DNA of 63,574 bases, the filler included. It is 8 parts of 8 records of this genome, joined end to end, with 100 filler letters (N's around TTAATTAATTAA, not from the genome) between each part and the next. Parts side by side here need not be neighbours in the genome. Positions count along the whole stretch, not along the records: positions 10,934 to 16,535 come from SRR31147125_7932; positions 16,636 to 31,073 come from SRR31147125_7950; 6 more parts are not named here. One strand, 5' to 3'. The notes below the pieces were generated by a model, which had not been told where the DNA came from, made no database searches, and saw only the letters and a list, made by a program, of their open reading frames with translations. This document shows positions 12,423 through 24,479 of the stretch, piece by piece. The position numbers were made by a program, and so were the translations under genes. Positions within the stretch are counted from its first letter, which is position 1, and every line of letters begins with the position of its first letter.

Positions 12423-14005
12423 ATGAAGGTTCTTGTCAGTGACAAGATGGGTGACGCTGGACTTGAGATATTCAGAAACGAAGAGGGCATTGAACTGGAT
12501 GTCAAAACCGGCCTGACCCCGGAAGAACTCAAGGAGATCATTGGAGAGTATGATGGACTGGCCATCCGAAGCGCCACAAAGGTGACAAGTGAGATCATCG
12601 AAGCAGCAACCAATCTAAAAGTGGTTGGTCGGGCCGGTATCGGTCTGGATAACGTGGACATTCCCGAAGCGACTAAAAAAGGGATCGCTGTCATGAATAC
12701 CCCCGGCGGTAACACCCGCACTACAGCGGAACACGCTATCGCCATGATGATGTCCCTCACCCGAAACATTCCCATGGGAACCTCCACCCTCAAGGACTCC
12801 CAGTGGGAGAAGAAAAACCTTCAGGGACGCGAGCTGTTCAACAAAACCATTGGTGTCATCGGCTTCGGTAACATCGGCTCCATCGTTGCTTCCCTTGCCC
12901 AGGGATTGCAAATGAAAGTGATCATTTTCGATCCCTATGTCACTGCTGAGCACATCGAAAAAGCGGGGTACGAGTATGTCACCCTAGATGAGCTCTATGT
13001 TCGTTCCGACTACATCACCATTCATGTGCCCAAACTGGAGAGCACCACCAATCTCTTGAACAAAGAGACCTTCGCAAAGATGAAAGACGGTGTCATGGTC
13101 ATCAACTGCGCTCGCGGCGGTATCATCCATGAAGGGGATCTTTACAATGCCATCGTAGAAGGAAAGGTGGCCGGGGCTGCATTGGACGTATTTGAAACCG
13201 AGCCCCCCAGGACAATCCCCTGCTGACGCTGAAACAGGTGATTGCAACGCCTCACTTAGGTGCGTCCACCAAGGAAGCTCAAACCAATGTGGCTGTTGCC
13301 GTTGCCAATCAGATCATCGCTTACCTCAAGCATGACACCGTCATCAACGCTGTCAATGTTCCCTCCGTCACGGGTGAACTTCTTAAGAAACTTCAGCCTT
13401 ACCTGTATTTGGCTGAGCGCATCGGAAAGATGCACACCTACATGACCACCGGTCCCATCAAAGAAATTCAGGTGGAGTATGCCGGTAATTTCATGGATCT
13501 TGATCTCAAACCGGTCACTTTGGCCATGGTTCGAGGTATTCTGACCCCCAAGGTGAAGTATGAGGTGAACTCCGTCAATGCCACTTCCCTTGCCGAAGAG
13601 ATGGGAATTAAAATCTCCGAAACCAAAAGCCAGGAGAGCGCCCACTACATTAATTTGATTCGTACCCGGGTCATCTATGAAAATGATGAAACCCATCTGA
13701 TTTCCGGTACGATTTTCGGAAAAGACGATGCCCGTATTATCCGGATCAACAAATTCCGTCTGGAAGTGATTCCCGAAGGCTATCTGGCCCTGATCCATAA
13801 CAAGGACGTGCCCGGTGCCATCGGCGCCATCGGCACCTGCCTCGGTGACAACAATATCAATATCGGACGAATGATGGTGGGACGTGAAGATGATGGGGAT
13901 CGAAATATCATATTTATCCGCACCGATACGCCGATTCCGGAAAATGTATCCAACGAGATCGAAGCACTGGATAAAGTTCACTCCATCATTAATTTCGAGC
14001 TTTAA
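12423..14005 (+). CDS. serA: D-3-phosphoglycerate dehydrogenase with C-terminal ASB/ACT domains, frameshift at C-run ~13204
   Basis: GRAGIGLDNVD, GFGNIG, INCARGG, TPHLGAST, ACT-like C-terminus. Confidence 0.95.
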
Positions 14006-14053
14006 CTTTCTTTGGGGATGGAGTTCAAATCTGTCCCCGCTGAATGAGTTTAA

Positions 14054-14781
14054 ATGAATCTCATCCTTCTCTTCCAAAATGATTTTATCACCTCGAACCG
14101 CGTCACTCTCCAAGGGAGACGACTGACCCACCTGAAAAAGTTCATCGGGCCAAACCGGGGGATTCATTGTCCGTTGGTCTTCTCAACGGTTCCATGGGCA
14201 AGGGCCTCATCACGCAGATGGAATCGGACATGGTGGAAATGGAAATCACCCTTGACACCGCCCCCCCACCCCCATTGCCATTGACGCTACTGCTTGCCCT
14301 GCCCCGCCCTAAAATGCTCAAACGGATTCTTCAATCCATCTCATCCCTTGGCGTAAAGGAGATCTATCTCATCAATACCTGGCGGGTGGAAAAGTGTTTC
14401 TGGTCTTCGGCACTGCTTGAAAAAAAGAAAATGGAAGCTGAACTGATTTTGGGGTTGGAGCAGGCAAAAGATACGCTCATGCCGAAAATTCACCTCAAAC
14501 GCCTGTTCATGCCGTTTGTAACAAAAGAGCTTCCGGAACTTATCGACGCCAAGTCCGATTCCGCCCATCCCTCCACACTCATTACAGCCCACCCCGGTGG
14601 ATCAACAGCCTGCCCGAAACATCTGCAACACCACACCTTCCTTGCCATGGGGCCGGAAGGCGGATTTATTGATGCTGAAGTGGCTTCCTTTGAGAAAGCA
14701 GGCTTTACAACCGTTCATTTAGGCCGCAGAATTTTGAGACTGGAGACCGCTGTACCCTATATCATTTCAAAGTTTTTTTAG
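14054..14781 (+). CDS. rsmE: 16S rRNA m3U1498 methyltransferase, frameshift at G-run ~14157
   Basis: LALPRPKML, GLEQAKD, GPEGGF, LGRRILRLETA. Confidence 0.9.
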
Positions 14782-14990
14782 CGGTTGATATTTCCCGTCC
14801 CCTGCTCTTTTCTCGGAAGTTTTTCCCGGAACCGTCACTCCCTTTTTGAATACCGATTCCATCTTTGTTTTTTGCTCTTACCATTTGCCTATTTCACCCG
14901 TTTAGCCTAAGATAACATCTTCGAGCATATCTGTGTTAACAGCAATTTTTTGATTTTTTTTACTATCAAGTTCACAATAGGATGACATCC

Positions 14991-15176
14991 ATGAAAAAAA
15001 AAACAAGCCCCTAAGCCCCCCAAAGTAGACCCGGAGCGTCAAATGGCCTTTGACAGTCTTCCCCCCATATTCGACACAGCATGGATGACACCGAACAAGC
15101 GCTTTTCCTCCATGCAGAAGAGTGGCCGGAATCTCTATTTCAAAAACTTGAGGAATTTATCATCCCCAAGACATAA
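14991..15176 (+). CDS. Small hypothetical protein broken by two homopolymer indels
   Basis: Reconstructed reading MKKKQAPKPPKVDPERQMAFDSLPPHIRHSMDDTEQALFLHAEEWPESLFQKLEEFIIPKT*, with AGGA upstream. Confidence 0.5.
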
Positions 15177-15290
15177 CGCACCGAATCGCTTTATAAATTG
15201 GGATCCTGCATTTACGTGTCACTCCATAGAACGTCCCGATAAAAAGCCATTTACCGTTAGTTGCCGATAAAAAACACATGAGGTTTATCG

Positions 15291-16535
15291 ATGAAAACAA
15301 TCAGTATAAAATGGAAAATTCTTGGTATTGTTCTGCTTGGCCCCGTAATCATTGCCCTCATCCTTGCGGTACAGCGAGTCAATGACATTAAGAGTTGGGC
15401 AAAAAAAACCACCATTGAAAAAAGTCAGGCCATTGTGCTGACGGCTGAAGCCGGCAGAGAAGAGATGGCAGCCAAGCTGAAACAAGGGATCATCAAACCC
15501 TTTGATCAACTGACTTCCACAAATATTATGGAAGCGGTGCCCATCATTACGGCCATCCATATGGCCAGAAACAATGAAAATGAACTCGGTTACCAATTCA
15601 GGGTCCCAAAATTCAACCCAAGAAACCCTGAAAACGCTCCCACGGATATTGAGGCCACCGTCCTCAAAGAGATGAAAGTGGCCAATCTGGATGAGAAGAT
15701 TCTCATTGAAGAGAGTCAGATTCGTTATTTCAAATCGGTTCGGCTCACCCAGGAGTGTCTTTTCTGCCACGGCTCCCCCAAAGGAAAGAAAGATCCCACA
15801 GGTGGAATTATGGAGGGATGGAAAGTGGGAGAGATCCATGGGGCGTTCGAGATCATCTCTTCTCTTGAAGCTGCCAACAAAGCCATTACCCAGGCAAAAA
15901 TCTCCATATCCCTTTGGACTTTGGGAATCCTTATTGTCATCAGCGGTATTGTATGGGTTTTGATCAGAATAAACCTGCTTACCCCCCTTGAAGTCTCAAG
16001 GCTATTTATCGACGGCATTTCAAATGGGGATCTGGCGGGAAGCATCGACGTCTCATCAAAAGACGAATTCGGAGAGATGCAGGAGAATCTCAACAGCATG
16101 GCAGCCAGTCTTCGCGCCATGATGATGGATATCTCCGCAAACAGTCAGGTGCTTTTCAATGCATCGGGCGGCCTCAACGATGTTGCCAACTCCCTCTCTT
16201 CAGGATCTGAAAAAACATCCGGAAATGCCAATACCGTTGCCGTTGCCGCAGAAGAGATGAGTGCCAACATGAACTCCGTTGCCGCCGCCATGGAAGAGGC
16301 ATCCACCAACATCGGCATTGTGGCCACATCTGCCGAAGATATTACACGAAACATCAACATCATCTCCAGCAATTCGGAAAAAGCCCGGGAAATCACGGAT
16401 AAAGCCGTAGACCAAGCCACAACGGCATCACAGCGGGTGGATAAACTGGGACGGGCGGCCATGGAAATCGGCAAATTCACCGAAGCCATCAGCAACATCT
16501 CCGAGCAGACCAATCTTCTGGCGCTCAATGCCACC
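15291..16535 (+). CDS. Methyl-accepting chemotaxis protein with periplasmic DUF3365/Tll0287-like heme-c sensor, 3'-truncated
   Basis: TM, PRNPENAP..CLFCH..WKVGEIHGAF, TM, HAMP, ISEQTNLLALNA. Confidence 0.9.
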
Positions 16536-16635
16536 NNNNNNNNNNNNNNNNNNNNNNNNNNNNNNNNNNNNNNNNNNNNTTAATTAATTAANNNNNNNNN
16601 NNNNNNNNNNNNNNNNNNNNNNNNNNNNNNNNNNN

Positions 16636-17337
16636 CTGTTTGGTCATGAAAAAGGTGCTTTTACCGGGGCTCAAAGTCGGCGTAAGGGAAAATTTGAAAT
16701 GGCTGACCGTGGTACACTGTTTCTGGATGAGATTGGTAACATTAGCCAAAAGATGCAGATGGAATTATTGCGTGTTCTTGAAACGAAACAATTCACACGT
16801 GTAGGTGGTAATCAATTAATAAACGTGGATATCCGTCTTATTTGTGCTACGAATAAAAATTTGGAAATGGGCGTTAAGGATGGTAGTTTCCGGGAAGATC
16901 TGTACTATCGGATAAATGTATTTACAATTATTTTACCGCCACTTCGGGAACGTCGTTCAGATATACCTTTACTGGCCCATCATTTTGTGACAAAATATTC
17001 CCAGATCATGAACAAGTCCATTTCGGAAATAGAACCGGAAGCGATGGATCTTTTAATACGACACGACTGGCCAGGTAATGTACGTGAATTAGAAAACGCA
17101 ATAGAGCGAGCCATGGTAGTGGGGCATCCTCCAAAATTAAAAGCTCAGGATTTGCCGTTCCAACTCATTGATAACGTTAAAGAACCACAGGTGGATTCTC
17201 TTGCTGCGGCGGAAAAAAGACATGTTTCTTATGTTTTATCAAAGACGTCCTGGAATATTAGTCAGGCAGCTGGATTGCTGGAAATTGACAGAGTTACATT
17301 ATACAATAAGATAAAAAAGTATGGCTTGCAAAAGTAG
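16636..17337 (+). CDS. Sigma54-dependent transcriptional regulator, 5'-truncated
   Basis: [31 protein letters not shown], Fis-type HTH. Confidence 0.93.
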   Translation: MFGHEKGAFTGAQSRRKGKFEMADRGTLFLDEIGNISQKMQMELLRVLETKQFTRVGGNQLINVDIRLICATNKNLEMGVKDGSFREDLYYRINVFTIILPPLRERRSDIPLLAHHFVTKYSQIMNKSISEIEPEAMDLLIRHDWPGNVRELENAIERAMVVGHPPKLKAQDLPFQLIDNVKEPQVDSLAAAEKRHVSYVLSKTSWNISQAAGLLEIDRVTLYNKIKKYGLQK

Positions 17338-17887
17338 CCTTTCAGATGCCATCAAACTTGTTCCCATTCAGATTTCAGACAAAACTCTTATTTCCAATCT
17401 GGCGCAGGAGATATCACAACATTTAGGTTGCGACGTCATGACGATTGATCTGGAATTTGACGCCACCTATGCACACGATCCCAGACGTGGTCAATATAAT
17501 TCTTCTGAAATACTTTTAGGGCTTAAACACCTGACAGATCCAGGTGCTCACAAAGTGATAGCTGTTACTGAGCTCGACTTATTTATCCCCATCCTTACAT
17601 TTGTATTTGGTGAAGCGCAATTAAATGGTTCATTTGCGGTTGTTTCCACTTTTCGGTTACGGCCTGAATATTATGGCCTGCCCAGAGATGATGCTCTCGT
17701 CGAAAAAAGACTGCTGAAAGAAACCATTCATGAATTAGGTCATACTTTTGGATTGCGTCATTGTCCTGATTATAATTGCGTTTTACATGCTTCTACTTAT
17801 GTTGATGAAATTGACCTGAAAACATCCAATTTTTGTTCTGCATGCCAGGAGAAATTAGATGTTTTCAGAAAAAATGATCCATTATAA
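17321..17887 (+). CDS. Archaemetzincin-family Zn metalloprotease (M54)
   Basis: HELGHTFGLRHC-x4-C motif, FVFGEA, C-terminal FCxxC. Confidence 0.9.
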   Translation: MACKSSLSDAIKLVPIQISDKTLISNLAQEISQHLGCDVMTIDLEFDATYAHDPRRGQYNSSEILLGLKHLTDPGAHKVIAVTELDLFIPILTFVFGEAQLNGSFAVVSTFRLRPEYYGLPRDDALVEKRLLKETIHELGHTFGLRHCPDYNCVLHASTYVDEIDLKTSNFCSACQEKLDVFRKNDPL

Positions 17888-17918
17888 AACATCACGCCAA
17901 TAGTGTTTCCAACATGTC

Positions 17919-19426
17919 CTAGATAGGGGGTGAAGCATGGCATTCATAGCAGCCAGTTTCCCGCCATTCCTCGCCAATATCAACCGGGTGTTTGAATTCG
18001 AGCGATTGTTGTGATGAGGCATACTGCATTTCATTGTTACTGCCCTGTGCCGTGATGATATGACAATCATCGCACTTGTTTGAGATTGTTTGTCCTGATT
18101 CACTCACATGACGTCCGTCATGACATCGATAACACCCTCCACTTGTCATATGTCCAATGTGTTCCGGATAGTATTCCCAGCGAACTCCCATTTCAGGGAA
18201 AATATTTTTTGAAAAAGCATTTTGCAAACCGGTGATCGATTTTTCTAACGCTGCAGGATTTTTATCAATAATCTCAGGATAATTGTCCTCGTAAAAGGTT
18301 TGTAAATACGCAGCTACTTCTTCCAATGCTTGCTCTTTAGATTCATATTCCTGACTACATGCTTCGACAGCAGCTTGTTTAATCATGGGTAGAATTGTAT
18401 CCATTTGTCCGGATGCAAGAGCAATATTGGTAAATTTTGAAGGATCACGATATATGTGACTTGGTCTGTTATGGCAATCTATACAATCCATAGTTCGTTT
18501 TTCGCTAAACTCTGTTTCACTCTCATCAAAAGGCTCATCTTCGTCGTTGAAGATGACCTGTTCACCGGTTTTCAAATTGGTCATTATGACTCTGGGAATA
18601 CTGGATCTCTTTTCGTTGGTGGTTATATATTCGATTTGAATATCCGGATTTATGTGCCAGTGAATGCCTGAACTTTGCCCAAGAGCCGGATTACCGCCAC
18701 CCGTATTCAAAAGCATATCGATTTCCCAACGGGTATTTTCTTCATCAGGCAGGAAATAGAATTCCCTGCGCTGCTGTTTACCATAAATTTTTTGTGGCCA
18801 GTGACATTCTTCGCAGGTCTCCCGGGCAGGACGTAAATTTTCAATAGGTGTTGGAATGGGGCGTGGATAGCTGTTTGTAATGGTTGCATAGACCTGATAT
18901 AATCCACTCATTTTTGATTTTACATACCAATTTGCTCCGGTACCTACATGGCATTCAGCACAGGTAACGCGTGCGTGTGGAGAGGATTGATAAGCTGTAA
19001 ATTCAGGGATCATCAGATTATGACAAAGGGTTCCACAAAACGTGTTGGATTCTGTAAAATGATAAGCCTCATAACTACCCAGAGCAGAAAGGAAGAAGAA
19101 CATGAGCGTTCCAATTGTAAATATGATGGTTCCATTACGATGCCTTGTCAGGTTTAAATTTAATATAGGTAATTCATTGGGAGGCATTGCCTCTTCTTTT
19201 TTTGTTTTTTTATTCGCAGAAACATTCCAAGTGGTATGAGCACCAGACCCAGAATAATAAATGCAGGGATGGCAATAAAAATGACAATTCCGACATAGGC
19301 TTTGTCTAGAGTGGAAATGGAAGATAACACATAAAGAAAAATAAACATAAATAATGAAATAAGTGCAATAGCTGTGCCGGCATAAGACACTGTGTTATAG
19401 TATGATTTTGGTAACCGCAGCTTCAT
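17919..19426 (-). CDS. Membrane-bound NapC/NirT-like multiheme cytochrome c (6 CxxCH + 1 CxxxCH), frameshift at T-run ~19200
   Basis: Three N-terminal TM helices over ORFs 19160-19426 and 17919-19187; FCGTLCH, CAECH, CEECH, CIDCH, CYRCH, CDDCH, CYECH. Confidence 0.88.
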
Positions 19427-19710
19427 AATTTCCCCTTTTGCATTTGAAAAGTTAACAATAAAATTTAATTATGTTTAGGTTAAGCTATTAATACAGTTGA
19501 TAATAAACAATGATATATATGTCAAAATAAACTACAATAAGAAAATTGCTGGTCGAAAGAATGGCTTTTATGGCTAGTGGTAAAAATATAGTTAACGTCG
19601 TTATAAAAAAATGAACAAACGCTGAACATTTGGATTACGATGGAATATGCCCGTAACATTCTCTTTCTGGTATATTATTATTATGCCCGATTGAATAGCA
19701 TATTTTATCT

Positions 19711-21384
19711 TCATTTTGATTCATATGTTTTTTTTCGGTACCTTGAGTAAAGCAAAGAAAGTAACAGAATGACGATTCCCACGGCCAGGAACAGGATCAC
19801 TCTAAAGCCGGCACTTAATCGTGACATGTCAATGAGAAAGACATGAATAACAGTGGCAAATATTGTCAGAATTGCCAACCATCGATATTTAATATTTTTT
19901 AGCAACAGGCTCAAGCCAAAGTAAAAAAGAACAGCACCAAGCCAGGCCAGACTAACGACATTTCCTGGAACAGCAAAATAAAGGCCATAGAGTACAATAA
20001 TATATGTACACGCCAGGTAGGTATTTCTTATAAAGTCTGTTTTTAATTCCAGACGTTCTTTTTTCCAATTCAATACGCGCGCGCTTGTTAATGCTGTGAT
20101 CGCGTAACTCAGATTCACAAAATTATGTGATGTAGAAAAGGGAAGATAAATCAGAAAGATGCTCACGTAAATGATAATATTAGCAACGATGATAATTCTG
20201 GATCGGAACCAAAGGGCTGTGATGATAACAAGCAAACTTTGCCATGAAAGCCAGATAAAATAATCAGGATATTTATACTGTGCAAATATAGCTACACTTA
20301 AAGCCAGATAACCAAAGCTGGCATAAATGGAAGTCGAATATTTACTTTTTGTTTTTTTCCAATTAAAGATGGCAATGGTCATGAAGAATAAAAAAGTTAA
20401 AAAACCAAGCAGGCTGATCTGTGTTTTGAAAAATATCTGGACATTCAAAGCACCAATCAGCATAATTCCCATACCATTGAAAACAGTTAATACTATTTCA
20501 AAAAATCCGGAATAGGAATCCCTTCTTCTAAATATATTAGCTAATCCATAAATGGCTCCGTATAGTACCAGGTAAAATAGATCATTATGGTGATTCACTA
20601 TGGGCTTGATTGGATGACCTAATACTGGACTATTAAATAACCAGAGTAAATGAGCTGAGTAAACCATGATTAAGCTCAAAATGGCAGCTGTGTGCCAGTT
20701 AAATTTGATTAACAAATATACAGCCGTTGCTGCGGAGATCACAAAGAGTGCTAACGTGACCTGAGCATGTTCACTGATGATGGCTGTTGCAAAACATAGG
20801 ATCAACTGGATGATTGCAAGGATTTCACTCTGCTTTTTTATGGATATATATATATTTATCCCGAGTACAAAAATGAGGAGAATTAAACCAAATACCTTGC
20901 CTGGAATCAGGGGATTGGAACTGAAAAAATGTAATTTTAATGTGGCAAAATATAACAGAACCTGACAACCGCCAAAAAGAATTCGTGAAAGATACAAGTA
21001 GGATTTTTGCCAATAACGAGCTAGTCCAAAGAGTAAAACGACTGCCACAAATCCTAATAGACTGGCAAAAAAGGGTGGAATCATAGGTAAAGGATAACTA
21101 ATAAAAAAGGCCATACCCATTAATAATACAATAGCTCCTACCCGTGCAAGCCAGTATTCACCAATTTCGACTTCGAGGGAGACTTTATCTGCCGTCCTTG
21201 TTTCTTCTCCTTCATCTGTAATTTTGATCGCATTATCAGTACTACCTTTTAAAGGCGTCTCGTCTGGAGATAAATCGAGATAATTTTCAATGCGTTTCAC
21301 TCTGATTTCCAGACGCTGCAAAAGCTCCAGAATATTTTGTGAATTTTTCTGAATGTTGTTGTCTTTAACGGTCATGAATACCAT
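19711..21384 (-). CDS. Polytopic membrane protein, DUF2339-like
   Basis: N-terminal RVKRIE coil, LEVEIGEYWLARVG, many TM helices, terminal RVILFLAVG. Confidence 0.75.
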   Translation of the reverse strand: MVFMTVKDNNIQKNSQNILELLQRLEIRVKRIENYLDLSPDETPLKGSTDNAIKITDEGEETRTADKVSLEVEIGEYWLARVGAIVLLMGMAFFISYPLPMIPPFFASLLGFVAVVLLFGLARYWQKSYLYLSRILFGGCQVLLYFATLKLHFFSSNPLIPGKVFGLILLIFVLGINIYISIKKQSEILAIIQLILCFATAIISEHAQVTLALFVISAATAVYLLIKFNWHTAAILSLIMVYSAHLLWLFNSPVLGHPIKPIVNHHNDLFYLVLYGAIYGLANIFRRRDSYSGFFEIVLTVFNGMGIMLIGALNVQIFFKTQISLLGFLTFLFFMTIAIFNWKKTKSKYSTSIYASFGYLALSVAIFAQYKYPDYFIWLSWQSLLVIITALWFRSRIIIVANIIIYVSIFLIYLPFSTSHNFVNLSYAITALTSARVLNWKKERLELKTDFIRNTYLACTYIIVLYGLYFAVPGNVVSLAWLGAVLFYFGLSLLLKNIKYRWLAILTIFATVIHVFLIDMSRLSAGFRVILFLAVGIVILLLSLLYSRYRKKTYESK

Positions 21385-21548
21385 TTCTCCATTTTTAGTA
21401 GAATCAAAAATTAAATTCTAATGGTAATGGTAGATTGAATATTCAGCAACGGAATTATGACAATCCACGATAAAATGATTGAGAAATGTTGTTAAAAAAA
21501 GTATTAATCAAATATTCAGATCAAACACATTCTGATTTGCCGAACGTT

Positions 21549-22796
21549 TCAGGATCGTGATTTTTCACTCCCTCGAATATAAAATACAAGTAGACTAGCA
21601 ACCAATAATGTTAATACAACCATGATCACTAACATTTTCTTGCGGTTTCCTACTTCTTTTAAAGCAAGCTGACCAATTTCAACAGCATTGTTTGCAGCCT
21701 CTAGACCCTTGTCAGTGCTTGATTCGACTTTATCAGTTGAAAATGTATGAATCAGAGTTTTTGCCTGAATCAGCGCGTCTTTAGCGTTGGGTAAATTCAA
21801 TTTTTCATCTTTGATTTCAACACCAGCACGTTGTGCTTTTAATAATAATTCTTCAGCAGAGGAAATTTTGTTCTCCAGGCTCTCAATGGCTTTATGCATT
21901 TGTGCGGCATTATTGAATCCGATGGAATTTTCTTCGTGACATTGAATACAGATGGCCGGTTCTTCAGTCCCAAGGACGACCTCTGCAGCAGGTTGAACCG
22001 CATGGTTGCCGTGACACGCTTCACACTCTGAAAGGCCCAATTCATCAAATGCCGATTTATGCGGGCTTGCCGAGAAATATTCAGATTGGACATAATGACA
22101 AGTGCCGCATATATTGGCAATTGAGGTAATTCCCGGTGGAACAGCACCATGGTTACCATGGCAATCATTGCACGTCGGTGCACTCAAATCACCCTTTTCG
22201 TATAACATGATAGCATGTATACTTGTTTTGTATTCATCATATTGATCTGTACCAATCGAGTATCCTGTCATATAATCCGGATCCGAATGGCATTGTTTGC
22301 ATAAAGTTGCTAAATTTGTCGGGTATACAGGTGCTGTAGGATCTTTGACTTTTTTGATATCATGAATACCATGACAGTTTGTGCAGGTGGCAACTTTTGT
22401 ATCACCTTTGGCTAGCAACAGACCATGCTGACTCGTTAAATATCGATCATATTGATCCACCGGAAAATTGGGATCAAAATTACGCATAAATGTGACATTA
22501 CTATGACAATTTGCACATAATTGAGGTGTTTCAAAGGAAGTTGGTTTTCCTTTAAAGCCTTTGGCCACGGACATTGACAAGTCCGGGTCCTCCTGTGTCG
22601 GATCACCCCCATGACAACCTTGACAAGATATCTGTGGATTCTGGTGAGCACTTGTTTGCATTTGTTTTACCGGATTGGCGAGAAGAGAATCCAGTTCCAC
22701 ATGACAAGTAACACATGTGTTAGTAGAAGTATCACTTTGCCCGTACGCAAATACAGCGTAAAAAATCCCGAGAATTACAAATTTATATTTTTTCAA
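21549..22796 (-). CDS. Nonaheme cytochrome c with signal peptide and C-terminal membrane anchor, probable acceptor subunit of the Rieske/cyt b complex
   Basis: Nine CxxCH motifs; C-terminal hydrophobic helix; directly downstream of cytochrome b. Confidence 0.9.
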   Translation of the reverse strand: MKKYKFVILGIFYAVFAYGQSDTSTNTCVTCHVELDSLLANPVKQMQTSAHQNPQISCQGCHGGDPTQEDPDLSMSVAKGFKGKPTSFETPQLCANCHSNVTFMRNFDPNFPVDQYDRYLTSQHGLLLAKGDTKVATCTNCHGIHDIKKVKDPTAPVYPTNLATLCKQCHSDPDYMTGYSIGTDQYDEYKTSIHAIMLYEKGDLSAPTCNDCHGNHGAVPPGITSIANICGTCHYVQSEYFSASPHKSAFDELGLSECEACHGNHAVQPAAEVVLGTEEPAICIQCHEENSIGFNNAAQMHKAIESLENKISSAEELLLKAQRAGVEIKDEKLNLPNAKDALIQAKTLIHTFSTDKVESSTDKGLEAANNAVEIGQLALKEVGNRKKMLVIMVVLTLLVASLLVFYIRGSEKSRS

Positions 22797-22834
22797 GATT
22801 ATGCCCTCTTACAAATGATTTTATTTGATCAATT

Positions 22835-23914
22835 TTAATCGAACAGATATGATACCATTGTCATAACTATGATGTAAATAGCTAAAATAATACCGATCAT
22901 CGTATATAAAGGGCTCTTAAGGTTTTTTTGTGAACGCCTGTCAAAAAAGGGAACCAATGCCCAAAATAAAAAACCAATGCCAATGCTTAAAATAGCAATT
23001 GCTTCGCCATCCAGAGTTAAGATTTTACCGGGAATATATTTCAACGTCTGAAATAAAAATACAAAAAACCATTCCGGTTTAATTCCCGGAGGCGCAGGCG
23101 CAAAAGGATCTGCCTTGTCACCTAATTCCCAGGGGAAAATGGCTGCCAGTATACCCAATAGTCCAAGTACAACAAGCCAGCCAACTGCATCACGCAGGAT
23201 AAAATCGGGAAAAAATTTCATGTTTTTTGGATTTTGTTTAAATTCCTGCGAGAGTGAGGGAGGTACGCTCATTCCTTGTGCTTGTATAAAAAGAAGATGA
23301 ATGCCAAGAAACAAAATCGTTATCATGGGCAGTAAAGCTACGTGGAATCCAAAAAAGCGGGTTAAAGTTGCGCCGGTGACTTCTTCACCCCCACGCAAAA
23401 ATATGAGCACATCATGACCAATAACAGGTATAACGGTTGCCATTTCCGTGCCAACCTTTGTGGCAAAGAAAGAGAGTTTGTCCCATGGTAAGAGATAACC
23501 TGAAAAACCGAATGCCAAGGCTAACACAAGAAGTAGCACACCAGACAACCATGTCATTTCTCTTGGCTTCCGATACGCTTTCATAAAATAGGTGCTAAAC
23601 ATGTGTACAAAGAGGAAAAAAATCATAAGATTGGCACCCCAGCTGTGAATGGATCGAATGAGCCAGCCAAAGCGCACAGAGGTCATAATGAACTCGACAG
23701 ATTCATACGCATTTTCTGCAGAAGGACGATAATAGAGAAGCAAGAGAATGCCTGTAAACACCTGGATGATATACAGGAAGAGAGTGATTCCCCCGATTCC
23801 ATACCAAAAATGATATTTGTGTACTGGTACGACTTTTTTATCCATAAAAGTATTCATACCACTAAGGTCAATGCGTTCTTCAAACCAATCTTGTAGCTGA
23901 TTTAATAGTTTCAC
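22835..23914 (-). CDS. qcrB: Cytochrome b of a Rieske/cyt b complex (probable GTG start at 23914)
   Basis: [34 protein letters not shown]. Confidence 0.93.
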   Translation of the reverse strand: MKLLNQLQDWFEERIDLSGMNTFMDKKVVPVHKYHFWYGIGGITLFLYIIQVFTGILLLLYYRPSAENAYESVEFIMTSVRFGWLIRSIHSWGANLMIFFLFVHMFSTYFMKAYRKPREMTWLSGVLLLVLALAFGFSGYLLPWDKLSFFATKVGTEMATVIPVIGHDVLIFLRGGEEVTGATLTRFFGFHVALLPMITILFLGIHLLFIQAQGMSVPPSLSQEFKQNPKNMKFFPDFILRDAVGWLVVLGLLGILAAIFPWELGDKADPFAPAPPGIKPEWFFVFLFQTLKYIPGKILTLDGEAIAILSIGIGFLFWALVPFFDRRSQKNLKSPLYTMIGIILAIYIIVMTMVSYLFD

Positions 23915-23927
23915 TGAACTTGTACTC

Positions 23928-24380
23928 CTATGCTTTTTTTGAAACGATAATATCTTCCCCGCTAATGAAAACATTAAAAGTTTCTAAAGGGGCAGGAGGT
24001 GGGCCTGAGGCAACATTGCCATTAAGGTCAAAATTGGCGTTATGACAAGCGCACCAAATGAGTTTGGCGTCTTCCCGGTATTGCACTGTGCACTGGAGAT
24101 GAGTACATACGGCAGAAAAGGCGCGATATTCCCCATCAGGTAAATGAATCAATATAGCTGGTTTGTTGCCAAACGGAAAAAGTTTAGCACTATTGGGTTT
24201 GAGTTCATCAATGGATGCCGCTTTTACGGAATTCTGGGTCGACTCTGGTACTTCGGGGGGCATAATAAAGCGCCAGACAGGATAAAATAACATTCCCAAA
24301 AAAGCAAAAAGGCTGGATAAAAAACTCCCAACAAGAAATTTCCGTCTTTTCGTATTTGTATTAACCATAAAGCACTCCAA
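23928..24380 (-). CDS. qcrA: Rieske 2Fe-2S subunit
   Basis: Tat-like RRKFL plus TM; CTHLQC and CACHNA; GPPPAPL. Confidence 0.93.
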   Translation of the reverse strand: MECFMVNTNTKRRKFLVGSFLSSLFAFLGMLFYPVWRFIMPPEVPESTQNSVKAASIDELKPNSAKLFPFGNKPAILIHLPDGEYRAFSAVCTHLQCTVQYREDAKLIWCACHNANFDLNGNVASGPPPAPLETFNVFISGEDIIVSKKA

Positions 24381-24479
24381 AATGGATTTACAAGTTCAGA
24401 AAAACTATAATAAACTTAATGGTGCTTCGCAATTGAAAGACAAAAATAATAAGCAAAAAAAAACGTGAAATTTTAAAAA

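Noticed and set aside
10878-14167. Long minus-strand ORFs (416 aa and 303 aa)
   Set aside because: Antisense shadows of prfC and serA
12423-14781. Frameshifts in serA, rsmE and about ten other genes as programmed frameshifting or mass pseudogenisation
   Set aside because: Nearly all fall at homopolymer runs, in unrelated contigs and in housekeeping genes; sequencing indels are the simplest explanation
17321-17887. Archaemetzincin as part of the cytochrome system
   Set aside because: Convergent to the cytochrome genes and coupled to the upstream sigma54 regulator; no evidence of a link
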